Shown one piece after another: positions 1 through 7,884 of a stretch of DNA of 64,000 nt. The stretch is from contig DAOUKH010000019.1 of assembly GCA_034421515.1 (NCBI GenBank), forward strand, positions 14,794 through 78,793, given 5' to 3'. Numbering within the stretch: position 1 is the stretch's first letter; each line of letters starts with the position of its first letter. The position numbers and the translations under genes were made by a program. Source of the DNA: Dehalococcoidia bacterium. Lineage in GTDB: Bacteria > Chloroflexota > Dehalococcoidia > SHYB01. The notes under the pieces are model-generated. The model saw only the letters and a program-made list of their open reading frames with translations, was not told where the DNA came from and searched no databases.

Positions 1-336
1 ATGATCATGGTCGTGATCGTGCCCGTGGTCATGATCGTGGGCCTCGCGCGTGGCCGCGCTGACGTGGCCCTCGTGGTCATGGTCGTGCCCGTGATCATGT
101 CCGTGGTCGTGATCGTGCCCGTGGTCGTGGCCGTGGGCCTCGTGGTCGTGATCGTGCCCGTGGTCATGATCGTGATCATGCTCGCGGGAACGACCTTCGA
201 CGGAGAAGTGCAGCGTGTGTGCGGGGAGATCTCTTCGCAGCGCGCGGCGAAGCCAGCCGAGTATGCCTCGTCGGCGCGGCGCTCGATCAGGAGGGGTGTC
301 CCAGAGCGGGGATTCGAAAGTGATGTTGCCCTGCAT
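1..336 (-). CDS. His/Asp-rich protein, N-terminal part (gene runs off the left edge)
   Basis: The reverse-strand frame opens with ATG at 336-334. It reads [14 protein letters not shown]...[42 protein letters not shown]... to position 1 without a stop, a metal-binding-like HD/HG low-complexity tract. The competing + ORF 1..357 reads an implausible V/I/M/P string. Codon bias does not decide the strand. Confidence 0.35.
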   Translation of the reverse strand, partial: MQGNITFESPLWDTPPDRAPRRRGILGWLRRALRRDLPAHTLHFSVEGRSREHDHDHDHGHDHDHEAHGHDHGHDHDHGHDHGHDHDHEGHVSAATREAHDHDHGHDHDHDH

Positions 337-402
337 GACGTATTGCGCCGTATCTAACCATAGACAGGAACGAAGCGCAATAGCGAGCGTTAGCGAGACA
401 GG

Positions 403-1755
403 CTAAGGAGGGTCTTCGAGGGCCGCCGCCGTGGTGTCGCGGAGCGCGGCGAGGGGCTGGCTGACCTCAACGAGGTAGTCGAGGGGTGCGTCGAGCCGCT
501 TGAAGTGATCGGGCAGGGTTGCGAACCGCTCGCGGAAGCGCTCCTGGAGGTCTGCGAGGGCGGGCGCTGGGGCGAGGCGCTCGCCCTCACGCACCGCGGG
601 ACGCAGCAGCGTTTCCGTGTCAGCCGGGGCGGGTTCCGAGGCGAGGCCGATGAGGTCGCCGGCCATCATGCCGCCGTCGAAGCGCCGGAAGACCTGTTTG
701 GCGCCGGGAAGCGATACTTTCGACTCGCTCAGCTTCATGACCGGCCGGCCGCCGTACTCGACGAGCTTGTAGGCGGTCTCGGGAGCGGGTGCGTCGGACG
801 AGACGGCGAGGCTGGTGCCGATGCCGAATCCATCGATGGGGGCGCCGCCCTGGAGGAGGCGTTCGATGGCGGTCTCGTCGAGCCCCCCGCTGACGAACAC
901 CCCCACGTTGGAGAAGCCGGCGTCGTCGAGGCGCCGGCGGGCCATAGTGGCGAGGGCTGCAAGGTCACCGCTGTCGATGCGCACGGCGCGGAGCTCGTTG
1001 CCGCGGCGGCGGAGATCGCGGGCGGCCTCGATGGCGGCGTCGACACCTTTGGCGGGATCGTAGGTGTCGACGAGGAGGGTCGCGGAGTCGGGGAAGGACT
1101 CGGCGTAGGCCCGGAAGGCCTCGGTCTCGGAGTCGAAGCTCATGACGAAGGAGTGGGCCATGGTGCCTCGAAGCGGGATGCCGTGGCGCGCGCCGGCGTG
1201 GACGTTGCTGGTGCCGTCGAAGCCGGCGAGATAGCTGACCCGTGCGAGGGCGTCGGCGGCGTCGAGGCCGTGGGCCCGCCGGGCGCCGAAGTCGACGACG
1301 GCGCGGCCATTAGCGGCATGCGCGGTCCGGGCCGCCTTGGTGGCGAGCAGGGTCTGGAAGCCGACGCGGTTGAGGAGATACGTCTCGACGATCTGGGCTT
1401 CGATGATGGGTGCGGTGACCTCGATGATGGGCTCGTTGGCGAAGACGATCTCGCCTTCTTCGACGCAGCGGGCGTCGCCGGTGAAGCGCAGGTCGCCGAG
1501 GGCGTCAAGGAAGCGTGGATCGAAGATCTGAAGGGCGTCGAGGCGCGCGAGGTCCTCGGGCGTGAAGCGCAGCGAGGCGAGCTCATCGAGGCACTCCTCG
1601 ACGCCGGCGGCCACGAGGTAGCCGCGGTTGGGGGGCAGAGAGCGGAAGAAGAGGCTGAAGGTGGCCCGCGCGTCCATGCCCCGCTGCCAGAAGGCCTGGG
1701 CCATCGTCAGCTCGTAGAGGTCGGTGAAGAGCGCGGGCGGCGCGTCCGGCGGCAT
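403..1755 (-). CDS. pncB: nicotinate phosphoribosyltransferase
   Basis: 450-aa ORF with ATG at 1755. The N-terminus LFTDLYELTMAQAFW... and overall length are typical of NAPRTase. Confidence 0.9.
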   Translation of the reverse strand: MPPDAPPALFTDLYELTMAQAFWQRGMDARATFSLFFRSLPPNRGYLVAAGVEECLDELASLRFTPEDLARLDALQIFDPRFLDALGDLRFTGDARCVEEGEIVFANEPIIEVTAPIIEAQIVETYLLNRVGFQTLLATKAARTAHAANGRAVVDFGARRAHGLDAADALARVSYLAGFDGTSNVHAGARHGIPLRGTMAHSFVMSFDSETEAFRAYAESFPDSATLLVDTYDPAKGVDAAIEAARDLRRRGNELRAVRIDSGDLAALATMARRRLDDAGFSNVGVFVSGGLDETAIERLLQGGAPIDGFGIGTSLAVSSDAPAPETAYKLVEYGGRPVMKLSESKVSLPGAKQVFRRFDGGMMAGDLIGLASEPAPADTETLLRPAVREGERLAPAPALADLQERFRERFATLPDHFKRLDAPLDYLVEVSQPLAALRDTTAAALEDPP

Positions 1756-1834
1756 GGGGGCAGTGTAGCCGCGGCCGGTGTCCGGCGCACGGGGTCACCC
1801 CGCGCGGGTAGAATGGGGATGCGCCTCCCGTCGC

Positions 1835-1909
1835 GGGCCCTTAGCTCAGTGGTAGAGCAGTCGGCTCATAACCGATCGGTCGTTGGTTCGATCCCAGCAG
1901 GGCCCACCA
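1835..1909 (+). tRNA. tRNA with CAU anticodon (default call tRNA-Met; acceptor and D arm resemble lysidine-type tRNA-Ile2)
   Basis: Cloverleaf folded by hand. Acceptor GGGCCCT/AGGGCCC, T arm GTTGG-TTCGATC-CCAGC, anticodon loop CTCATAA, encoded CCA. G1-C72 and no GGG/CCC anticodon stem, so it is not an initiator. C4-G69/C5-G68 and the ...CCCTTAGCTCAGTGGTAGAGCAG... 5' half resemble E. coli ileX as I remember it. Confidence 0.9.
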
Positions 1910-1978
1910 AGCGCTCGCGCCCCCGCCCCCGCGCAAGCCCACGCAATAAATGGAGAGTGCCGAGAAGAGGCCGCGCAC

Positions 1979-3349
1979 ATGAGCACCAAGCGGGTCGTCA
2001 TAGTCGGTGGGGGCTTCGCCGGGCTTAGCGCCGCCTACACGCTGATGAAGCGGGGCATCACGCCCCTCCTGCTCGAGGCCCAGGAGCGCGTGGGTGGCCG
2101 CGGCAAAGGCGAGCGGGTGGACGGGTTCTCCCTGGACACGGGCGCGTTCGTCTTCACCTCGACCTACGACACCGCATTCCGCATCTGCGAGGAGTTGGGA
2201 CTGCCGCTCGTGCCTTCGCAAATGAAATTCGGCCACCTCCGCAATGGGCGGTGGGTTACCACGACGCCGGATCAGTCGCCCTGGAACTTCATACGGCACC
2301 TGCGCGCGGCCTTCGCCATGGGCTTCCTCTCACCCCGAGGCATGTGGACTGGTTTTAAGGTGATGCGGCAGATGCACCGCGAGTCGGCATACATGAGTTT
2401 CGCCGGCGACAGCCCCATCGCCGAGATCGACGATGACGAGAGCTTCGGCGATTACATGAACCGGCTCGGCGTGCCCGAGAAGCTGCAGGTGACCCTCAGA
2501 GGGCCCCTGGACATGATCTTGGGCGACCCAATGCCTGCAGGTCAGGCGCTGATGCGGGCGTACATCGGGGAAACGATGCTGCACGCCGGCAGAGTCTCCA
2601 TGCCCGAGCGAGGCATCGGCTCATTGAGCGAAGCGCTTGCTACTGCGTGCTCCGATGTGATTCGGGTATCGACCCCCGTCAGGAGAATCGTCGTCGCGGA
2701 CGGGACGGTGACCGGCGTCATCGTGGACGGCGAGACCATTGAGGCGGAAGCGGTCATCTGCGCCGTTCCCGGCACGAAGGTCCCCGACCTCATCCCCGGC
2801 CTGCCGGAGGCGACTCGCCAGGCGCTGAGCACAATCAGCTACTCCACCGGCTGCCGGGTGGTGATTGGCCTCGACCATTCCCCGCTCCCTTCCGGCTGGC
2901 ACGGCGCGCTCTACCCGGAAGATGACGACACCCCGCTCCTGCTGGACCGGTCCGCCTTCCTGCCTTCGTGCGCGCCGCCGAGCAAGAGCATTCTCGACCT
3001 GCTCATCGGGCGCGACCGCGCCAAGGAGCTCATCCCGCTCGACGACGATGAGATAAAGCGCCAACTGCTGGGCGCGGCTCGGCGGAATGCGCCTCCGGGC
3101 TCCGCTCTTCCCGGCGACGACGAGGGTCTGTTCTACCGCGTGTACCGCTGGGAGGAGGCGCTGTGCATGGGGACGCCCGGAATGCTGGCCGCCACGGCGA
3201 AGATACCGGGGCAGCTTGCGGGGCACATCGACAACTTGGCCTTGGCGGGCGACTACATGCGCGTGCCCTCGGTCAACGGCGCCCTCTCCAGTGGCCACAG
3301 CGCCGCAAACCAGGTCGCGGACTTGTTGGCGGCCCGCGGAGTGAAATGA
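1979..3349 (+). CDS. FAD-dependent oxidoreductase (amine oxidase / protoporphyrinogen-phytoene desaturase-like)
   Basis: ATG at 1979 gives MSTKRVVIVGGGFAGLSAAYTL (a GxGxxG dinucleotide fold). Length is about 456 aa. The C-terminal LALAGDY...SVNGALSSG motif is typical of this family. Confidence 0.8.
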   Translation: MSTKRVVIVGGGFAGLSAAYTLMKRGITPLLLEAQERVGGRGKGERVDGFSLDTGAFVFTSTYDTAFRICEELGLPLVPSQMKFGHLRNGRWVTTTPDQSPWNFIRHLRAAFAMGFLSPRGMWTGFKVMRQMHRESAYMSFAGDSPIAEIDDDESFGDYMNRLGVPEKLQVTLRGPLDMILGDPMPAGQALMRAYIGETMLHAGRVSMPERGIGSLSEALATACSDVIRVSTPVRRIVVADGTVTGVIVDGETIEAEAVICAVPGTKVPDLIPGLPEATRQALSTISYSTGCRVVIGLDHSPLPSGWHGALYPEDDDTPLLLDRSAFLPSCAPPSKSILDLLIGRDRAKELIPLDDDEIKRQLLGAARRNAPPGSALPGDDEGLFYRVYRWEEALCMGTPGMLAATAKIPGQLAGHIDNLALAGDYMRVPSVNGALSSGHSAANQVADLLAARGVK

Positions 3350-3810
3350 GCGCGATGGCCCGCAAGCCGTCCAGAAAGTCAGCAGAAGGCACCAGGGACG
3401 CCGGCGCGAAGCCGGTGCTCCTTTCCGGTGGAAATCCGCAAATCCCGAAGGGGGACGGCGACGCCCCGGTGCAGGCCTACATCGCGGCCATGCCCGAGTG
3501 GAAGCAAGAGGTTGGGCGCCGCCTCGATGACCTCATCGTCCGCACCGTGCCCGGCGTGCGGAAGGCGGTGCGGTGGAACTCGCCCTGGTATGGCGTCGAA
3601 AGCCAAGGATGGTTCGTGAGCTACCACGTCTTCACCCGCTACGTCAAAGTGACCTTCTTGAATGGTGCGTCGCTGCGGCCCGTCCCACCGGGCTCGGGTA
3701 AGGACCCGGACTCACGCTGGGTCGACGTCCACGAGGGCGAACTCGACGAAGAACAGATGACGGAGTGGGTCCGGCAGGCGGCCGCCTTGCCCGGCTGGGC
3801 TGGGTTCTGA
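3346..3810 (+). CDS. DUF1801 (YdhG-like) domain protein
   Basis: ATG 3346 overlaps the upstream stop (ATGA). The core reads ...VQAYIAAMPEWKQEVGRRLDDLIVRTVPGVRKAVRWNSPWYG...YVKVTFLNGASL, which is the YdhG/DUF1801 pattern. Confidence 0.7.
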   Translation: MSAMARKPSRKSAEGTRDAGAKPVLLSGGNPQIPKGDGDAPVQAYIAAMPEWKQEVGRRLDDLIVRTVPGVRKAVRWNSPWYGVESQGWFVSYHVFTRYVKVTFLNGASLRPVPPGSGKDPDSRWVDVHEGELDEEQMTEWVRQAAALPGWAGF

Positions 3811-4006
3811 GAACCTCTCAAGGATTGGTCGCCATTGCTCCGATCAATGGTAATGTCCCTCCAGGGGGCCTGTGGTACGATTTCGCCATCGCCTCAAAGA
3901 TGGGCAGAAGGCGCTTTTGTCAGTAACGACCGGATCAGTAGGCCGACGCGCGATGCTCGCGCGCTGCACGAGGTGTACCCAGAGTTGACGGAAGAGGCTA
4001 CGGGCG

Positions 4007-4693
4007 TTGACGGATAGTCTGTTTACGGCATTGGCTACGGCGTCGTGCGGCGCCTATGCTGTCACAATCGATCAGAAGATCGTGTTCTGGAACGAGGGGG
4101 CGGCGCGGATCCTCGGCTTTAGGCCGGACGAAGTTGTCGACCGGCGGTGCTATGAGGTGCTGAAGGGCGGGACCCCCGGCGGCCTGACGCCGCAGTGTTT
4201 GGGAGGTTGCCCCTCGATCCGCCACCTCCGGGCCGGCTTGGTGCCGGGCACAACGAGGCTGCAAATGGCCTGCTCCTCCGGCGAGAGGAAGTGGGTCGCG
4301 GTCACCGCCATGGTGGTCTCCGGCATCCTCAGGGATGCGCCGCTGATGGTGCATCTCTTCGAAGAGAGTGGGGATGACGCGGACTTCGATGAAGCGCAGG
4401 TCTCGGTGCGGGAAGACCTGGAAGTGGGAGGCGCCGACATTCTGTCGGAACTACCGCCGGCGCCGGCGCCGCCCGCCGGGGCATCTGTCTTGACGCCGCG
4501 AGAGGTGGAGGTGTTGCGTCTTGTTGCGCTGGGCCAGGATGCAACGGAGATCGCTCACGACTTGGGCATTAGCCTGCACACCGTGCGTAACCATGTCCGG
4601 AATCTCCGGCATAAGCTAAACGCGGCCACCAAGCTCGACGCCGTGGTCAAGGCCATACGCCTGGGCATTCTTCCTGTAGATCAATTGAAGTAG
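4007..4693 (+). CDS. PAS-domain LuxR-family transcriptional regulator
   Basis: TTG start. The N-terminal half is PAS-like (IVFWNEGAARILGFRPDEV). The C-terminus LTPREVEVLRLVALGQDATEIAHDLGISLHTVRNHVRNLRHKL is a LuxR/GerE helix-turn-helix. Confidence 0.8.
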   Translation: MTDSLFTALATASCGAYAVTIDQKIVFWNEGAARILGFRPDEVVDRRCYEVLKGGTPGGLTPQCLGGCPSIRHLRAGLVPGTTRLQMACSSGERKWVAVTAMVVSGILRDAPLMVHLFEESGDDADFDEAQVSVREDLEVGGADILSELPPAPAPPAGASVLTPREVEVLRLVALGQDATEIAHDLGISLHTVRNHVRNLRHKLNAATKLDAVVKAIRLGILPVDQLK

Positions 4694-4752
4694 TCGTGTT
4701 GCTCAATTGCCTTCGCTAGGGCAAACTTGGTGCAAAGACGAGGGGGTGGGCC

Positions 4753-6000
4753 ATGGCGACGACACGCGAGCGACCGGAGACATCGCCCTTGGCGCGGCAG
4801 AGCGGCGAGGAGGCGCGCGGCGCCTCGCAGATAGGCCCCTTCGACTACTGCCCCCGGCTGGGTTTCCGAGAATACTGGTACCCCGGGGTCTGGGCCGCGA
4901 AGGTCGGGAAGAAGCGGCCGGTCCGCGTCCGGATGATGGGCGAGGACATCGTCCTGTTCCGGGGAACGAAGGGCAACGTCGTCGCGCTGACCGACTGGTG
5001 CCCCCACCGAGGGGCGCGCCTTTCGCTGGGAGTCTGCGACTTCGAGGGAACGGTCACCTGCCCCTACCACGGCTACGTCTTCGACGAGACCGGACAGTGC
5101 GTCGCGGGGCTCATCGAGAGCGTCGACTCGCCGCTTGCGCCCAAGATGCGGGCCAAGAGCTATCCCACCGCCGAGCATAGCGGCATCGTCTTCATCTGGA
5201 TGGGCATGACTCCGCCCGTGCCCCTAGAGGACGACCTTCCGTGGGAGTTCTTGGACGAGAGCCTGAACACCACGCGCCACACGCGGGTGCGGAACTGGGA
5301 GACCAACTGGACGGAGCCGACCTGGCAGGGCATCGACTACCACGAGTTCTACCTGCACCGCAGAACGAGGTTCTGGCATCTCATCGACCACAAGCTGCCG
5401 TTCTTCCGTCCCAAGCCGGTGGTGACGAACGGCATCCGGATCCTGGAGGAGGGCGACAACTACGTCGCCTGCATCCAGCGGAACGTCGACTTCGGGCAGA
5501 ATGAGTACCCCGGCCTCGGCAAGTGGCCCCGCCGCACCTGGTGGCGCCGGTTGGGCCGTGCCCCAAGGAAGGATATGGGGTTCGGCGTCGAACACACGGT
5601 GCAGTTGCCCTCGATCGTGCGCGTGCCGGTGGGAGCCCTGCATCTGCGCTGGAGCGTCCCGGTCGATGAATGGGACACGAGGGTGTGGTCGTTCACGGTT
5701 TCCAAGCGCCCCCGGACTCCCTTGGGACAGGCTTATGAAGACCTCTGGTACTACACCTACCGCCTGCCCAACCAGCTCATCGCCGTGAATGAGAAGGAAG
5801 ACTTCCCGGTGTTCGCCAAGGGCGACATCAACATGGACATTCCACAGAAGCTGGGGACGCTGGACGTTGCCGTGATCTACTTCCGGCGGCATCTGGCCAA
5901 GAAGTCGAGAGACTTCCAGCGCCTGGGCGGCGCCTACGGCAACCTGAAGCAGCCGCCCGATCCGGCCCGCGTCGCCGAATGGACCGCCAACGGCGCGTAG
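4753..6000 (+). CDS. Rieske [2Fe-2S] domain oxygenase (ring-hydroxylating alpha-subunit-like)
   Basis: A GAGGGGG ribosome-binding site precedes ATG 4753. Rieske motif CPHRGARL...x...CPYHGYVF. 415 aa. Confidence 0.85.
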   Translation: MATTRERPETSPLARQSGEEARGASQIGPFDYCPRLGFREYWYPGVWAAKVGKKRPVRVRMMGEDIVLFRGTKGNVVALTDWCPHRGARLSLGVCDFEGTVTCPYHGYVFDETGQCVAGLIESVDSPLAPKMRAKSYPTAEHSGIVFIWMGMTPPVPLEDDLPWEFLDESLNTTRHTRVRNWETNWTEPTWQGIDYHEFYLHRRTRFWHLIDHKLPFFRPKPVVTNGIRILEEGDNYVACIQRNVDFGQNEYPGLGKWPRRTWWRRLGRAPRKDMGFGVEHTVQLPSIVRVPVGALHLRWSVPVDEWDTRVWSFTVSKRPRTPLGQAYEDLWYYTYRLPNQLIAVNEKEDFPVFAKGDINMDIPQKLGTLDVAVIYFRRHLAKKSRDFQRLGGAYGNLKQPPDPARVAEWTANGA

Positions 6001-6029
6001 TCAAGCTCGCCGGGCATCTAAAGACATGA

Positions 6030-6060
6030 GAGAGGGGCCGCTAGCACAGCGGCCCCTCTC
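6030..6060. terminator. bidirectional stem-loop between convergent genes
   Basis: Perfect 13-bp stem GAGAGGGGCCGCT / AGCGGCCCCTCTC with a 5-nt loop. It lies between the stop at 6000 (+) and the stop at 6089 (-). The U-tract is weak. Confidence 0.6.
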
Positions 6061-6088
6061 GTTGTATCGGCGGTGCGCCGAAGCCCGA

Positions 6089-7723
6089 CTAGCGGCGCGC
6101 TAGTCGCTCGGCCTCGCGGGTGAGTGCGGCGAACTCCACGACGTCGGCGTCGTGCGGCAGCAGCCATCGAATTCGGTCTGCTTCCGCTGCGACGTGCGCC
6201 AGGTTGCCATCCTGTGCCCAGTAGCTCTCGCGCAGGATTTCGGCGTACTCTGCTACTACCGCGGCGAGCTGGAACCTCGGGGAGGTCTTGGCGAAGACCG
6301 TCTCGAGCTCCCACCGCTGGAAGGTGCGGGCGGCCTCGACGACCCGCCTGGTGTCCGGGTTCTCGTACCGAACGGAGACCATGCCTAGCGGTCCGTCCAC
6401 GCCGTCGTGCAGCTTGATCTCGTAGAGCGCGGTCACACTGTGGCCGGCGCCGACCTCGCCGGCGTCAACGCTATCGTCGCGGAAGTCCTGGTCCGCTACG
6501 GCGCGGTTCTCATAGCCCAAGAGGCGATAGCTCCGCACCACCGCGGGGTTGAACTGCACCTGGATCTTGGCGTCCTTGGCGATGTTCTGCAGCGTGCCGA
6601 CGAGATTGTCGACGAAGACGTTGCGGGCCTCTGCCAGCGTGTCGACATAGTGATAGGAGCCGTCACCGTCGTTCGCGAGCTGCTCCATCAGGATGTCGTT
6701 GTAGTTGCCCATACCGACCCCGACGGTCGTCAGGGTCACGCCTTCATTAAGGTGGAACTTGACCTGGTTGAGGATCGCATCCGCCCCGGTGCGGCCGACG
6801 TTGCCCACGCCGTCGGACAGGAGCAGCACGCGCGTGATCCTTCCAAAGCGGACCCGCGTCGCCGCCATCTCGTAGGCCAGCCGTACGCCGTCCTCCACGA
6901 AGGTCGATCCGCCGGGCCGGAGACGGTCTATTGCCGAGAGAATGGCCCGCTTCTCCCCGCCGTTGGTTGGGTGGAGCAGGACCGAGGCGCGGTCACCGTA
7001 GATGACGATGCCGACCTCGTCGGAAGGGCGAAGCTCGTCGACGAGCAGCCGGAGCGACCGTTTGACCAGCTCGAGGCGGTCCTCCCGCGCCATGGAGCCC
7101 GAGACGTCGATCGCGAAGACCAGGGTCGCGTCCTGACGGGCGTGCGTGGCGACCTCTCTCCCCTGGAGCCCAACGCGCAGCAGCCAATGCTTCTCGCCGC
7201 CGAACGGCGAAGGTGATCCGTCCACGTGGACGGCGAAGGCCCCGTCCGACGGCGGCGCGTAGTCTTGGTCGAAGTAGTTGACGAACTCCTCGACACGGAC
7301 CGAGGCCGGGTCGGGCAGGTTGCCGTCGCGGATGAAGCGCCGCGCCACGGTGTAGGACGCGGTGTCGACGTCCATCGCGAACGTGGAGAGGTTGTCGTCC
7401 TCGGTGTCGATGAACGGGTTGACGCCGTGGTGCTGGAAGAAGGTCAGGTCGTAGGCGGCGTCGTTGACTGTCCCAGAGCCGCCGATGGTGTTGAATCCCG
7501 GCTGCTGGGGCGTCGGCTGCTGTACTTGGAACACCTGCGCGGGCGCGGCCGTGGCGGTCGGGGGCGCGGTCGTTGGCCTTGGAGCGGGCGTCGGCTCGCG
7601 GTAGGGCTGGGTCGGCTCGCGATAGGGGCGGGTCGGCTCGTAAGGGTCATCCGCACCCCCGCACGCGGCAACCAGTACGGCCACCGCTGCGATCCCCATC
7701 AAGAGTGTAATTCGGCGTAACAT
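6089..7723 (-). CDS. von Willebrand factor type A domain lipoprotein (YfbK-like)
   Basis: ATG 7723 follows GGAGGTGG. Signal plus lipobox MLRRITLLMGIAAVAVLVAAC. A Pro-rich EPT(R/Q)PYR repeat follows, then a vWA MIDAS motif (DVSGSM) and a long C-terminal domain of the kind found in YfbK-type proteins. Confidence 0.85.
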   Translation of the reverse strand: MLRRITLLMGIAAVAVLVAACGGADDPYEPTRPYREPTQPYREPTPAPRPTTAPPTATAAPAQVFQVQQPTPQQPGFNTIGGSGTVNDAAYDLTFFQHHGVNPFIDTEDDNLSTFAMDVDTASYTVARRFIRDGNLPDPASVRVEEFVNYFDQDYAPPSDGAFAVHVDGSPSPFGGEKHWLLRVGLQGREVATHARQDATLVFAIDVSGSMAREDRLELVKRSLRLLVDELRPSDEVGIVIYGDRASVLLHPTNGGEKRAILSAIDRLRPGGSTFVEDGVRLAYEMAATRVRFGRITRVLLLSDGVGNVGRTGADAILNQVKFHLNEGVTLTTVGVGMGNYNDILMEQLANDGDGSYHYVDTLAEARNVFVDNLVGTLQNIAKDAKIQVQFNPAVVRSYRLLGYENRAVADQDFRDDSVDAGEVGAGHSVTALYEIKLHDGVDGPLGMVSVRYENPDTRRVVEAARTFQRWELETVFAKTSPRFQLAAVVAEYAEILRESYWAQDGNLAHVAAEADRIRWLLPHDADVVEFAALTREAERLARR

Positions 7724-7884
7724 CGTTCCACCTCCTGGTGTGTTTGATGGTCCGCCTGCCCGCTCGCCTGCCGCTTCGGGCGGGCGCCGGTCGGCGGCCA
7801 CCCTCAGCGTCACACGGGATGATGTACACTCCGAACTACAGTTGTGTATCACTTGGTCAGTTTAGCGTGTCGGAACTGTAACAG

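Noticed and set aside
1-357. + strand [18 protein letters not shown]...
   Set aside because: It is a V/I/M/P string produced by the complement of an HD-repeat. I judge it less plausible than the - strand reading, but the evidence is not decisive (see finding).
1756-1978. Integration hot spot or prophage next to the tRNA
   Set aside because: There is no integrase, no direct repeat of the tRNA 3' end and no compositional shift on either side of the tRNA.
505-2028. 507-aa + strand ORF
   Set aside because: It is antisense to pncB and reads straight through the tRNA gene at 1835-1909. It is not a real gene.
7590-7650. 21-bp tandem repeat (encoding EPT(R/Q)PYR) in the vWA lipoprotein gene
   Set aside because: It is simply a short Pro-rich linker repeat within a CDS. 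It is in frame and has no evident independent function.
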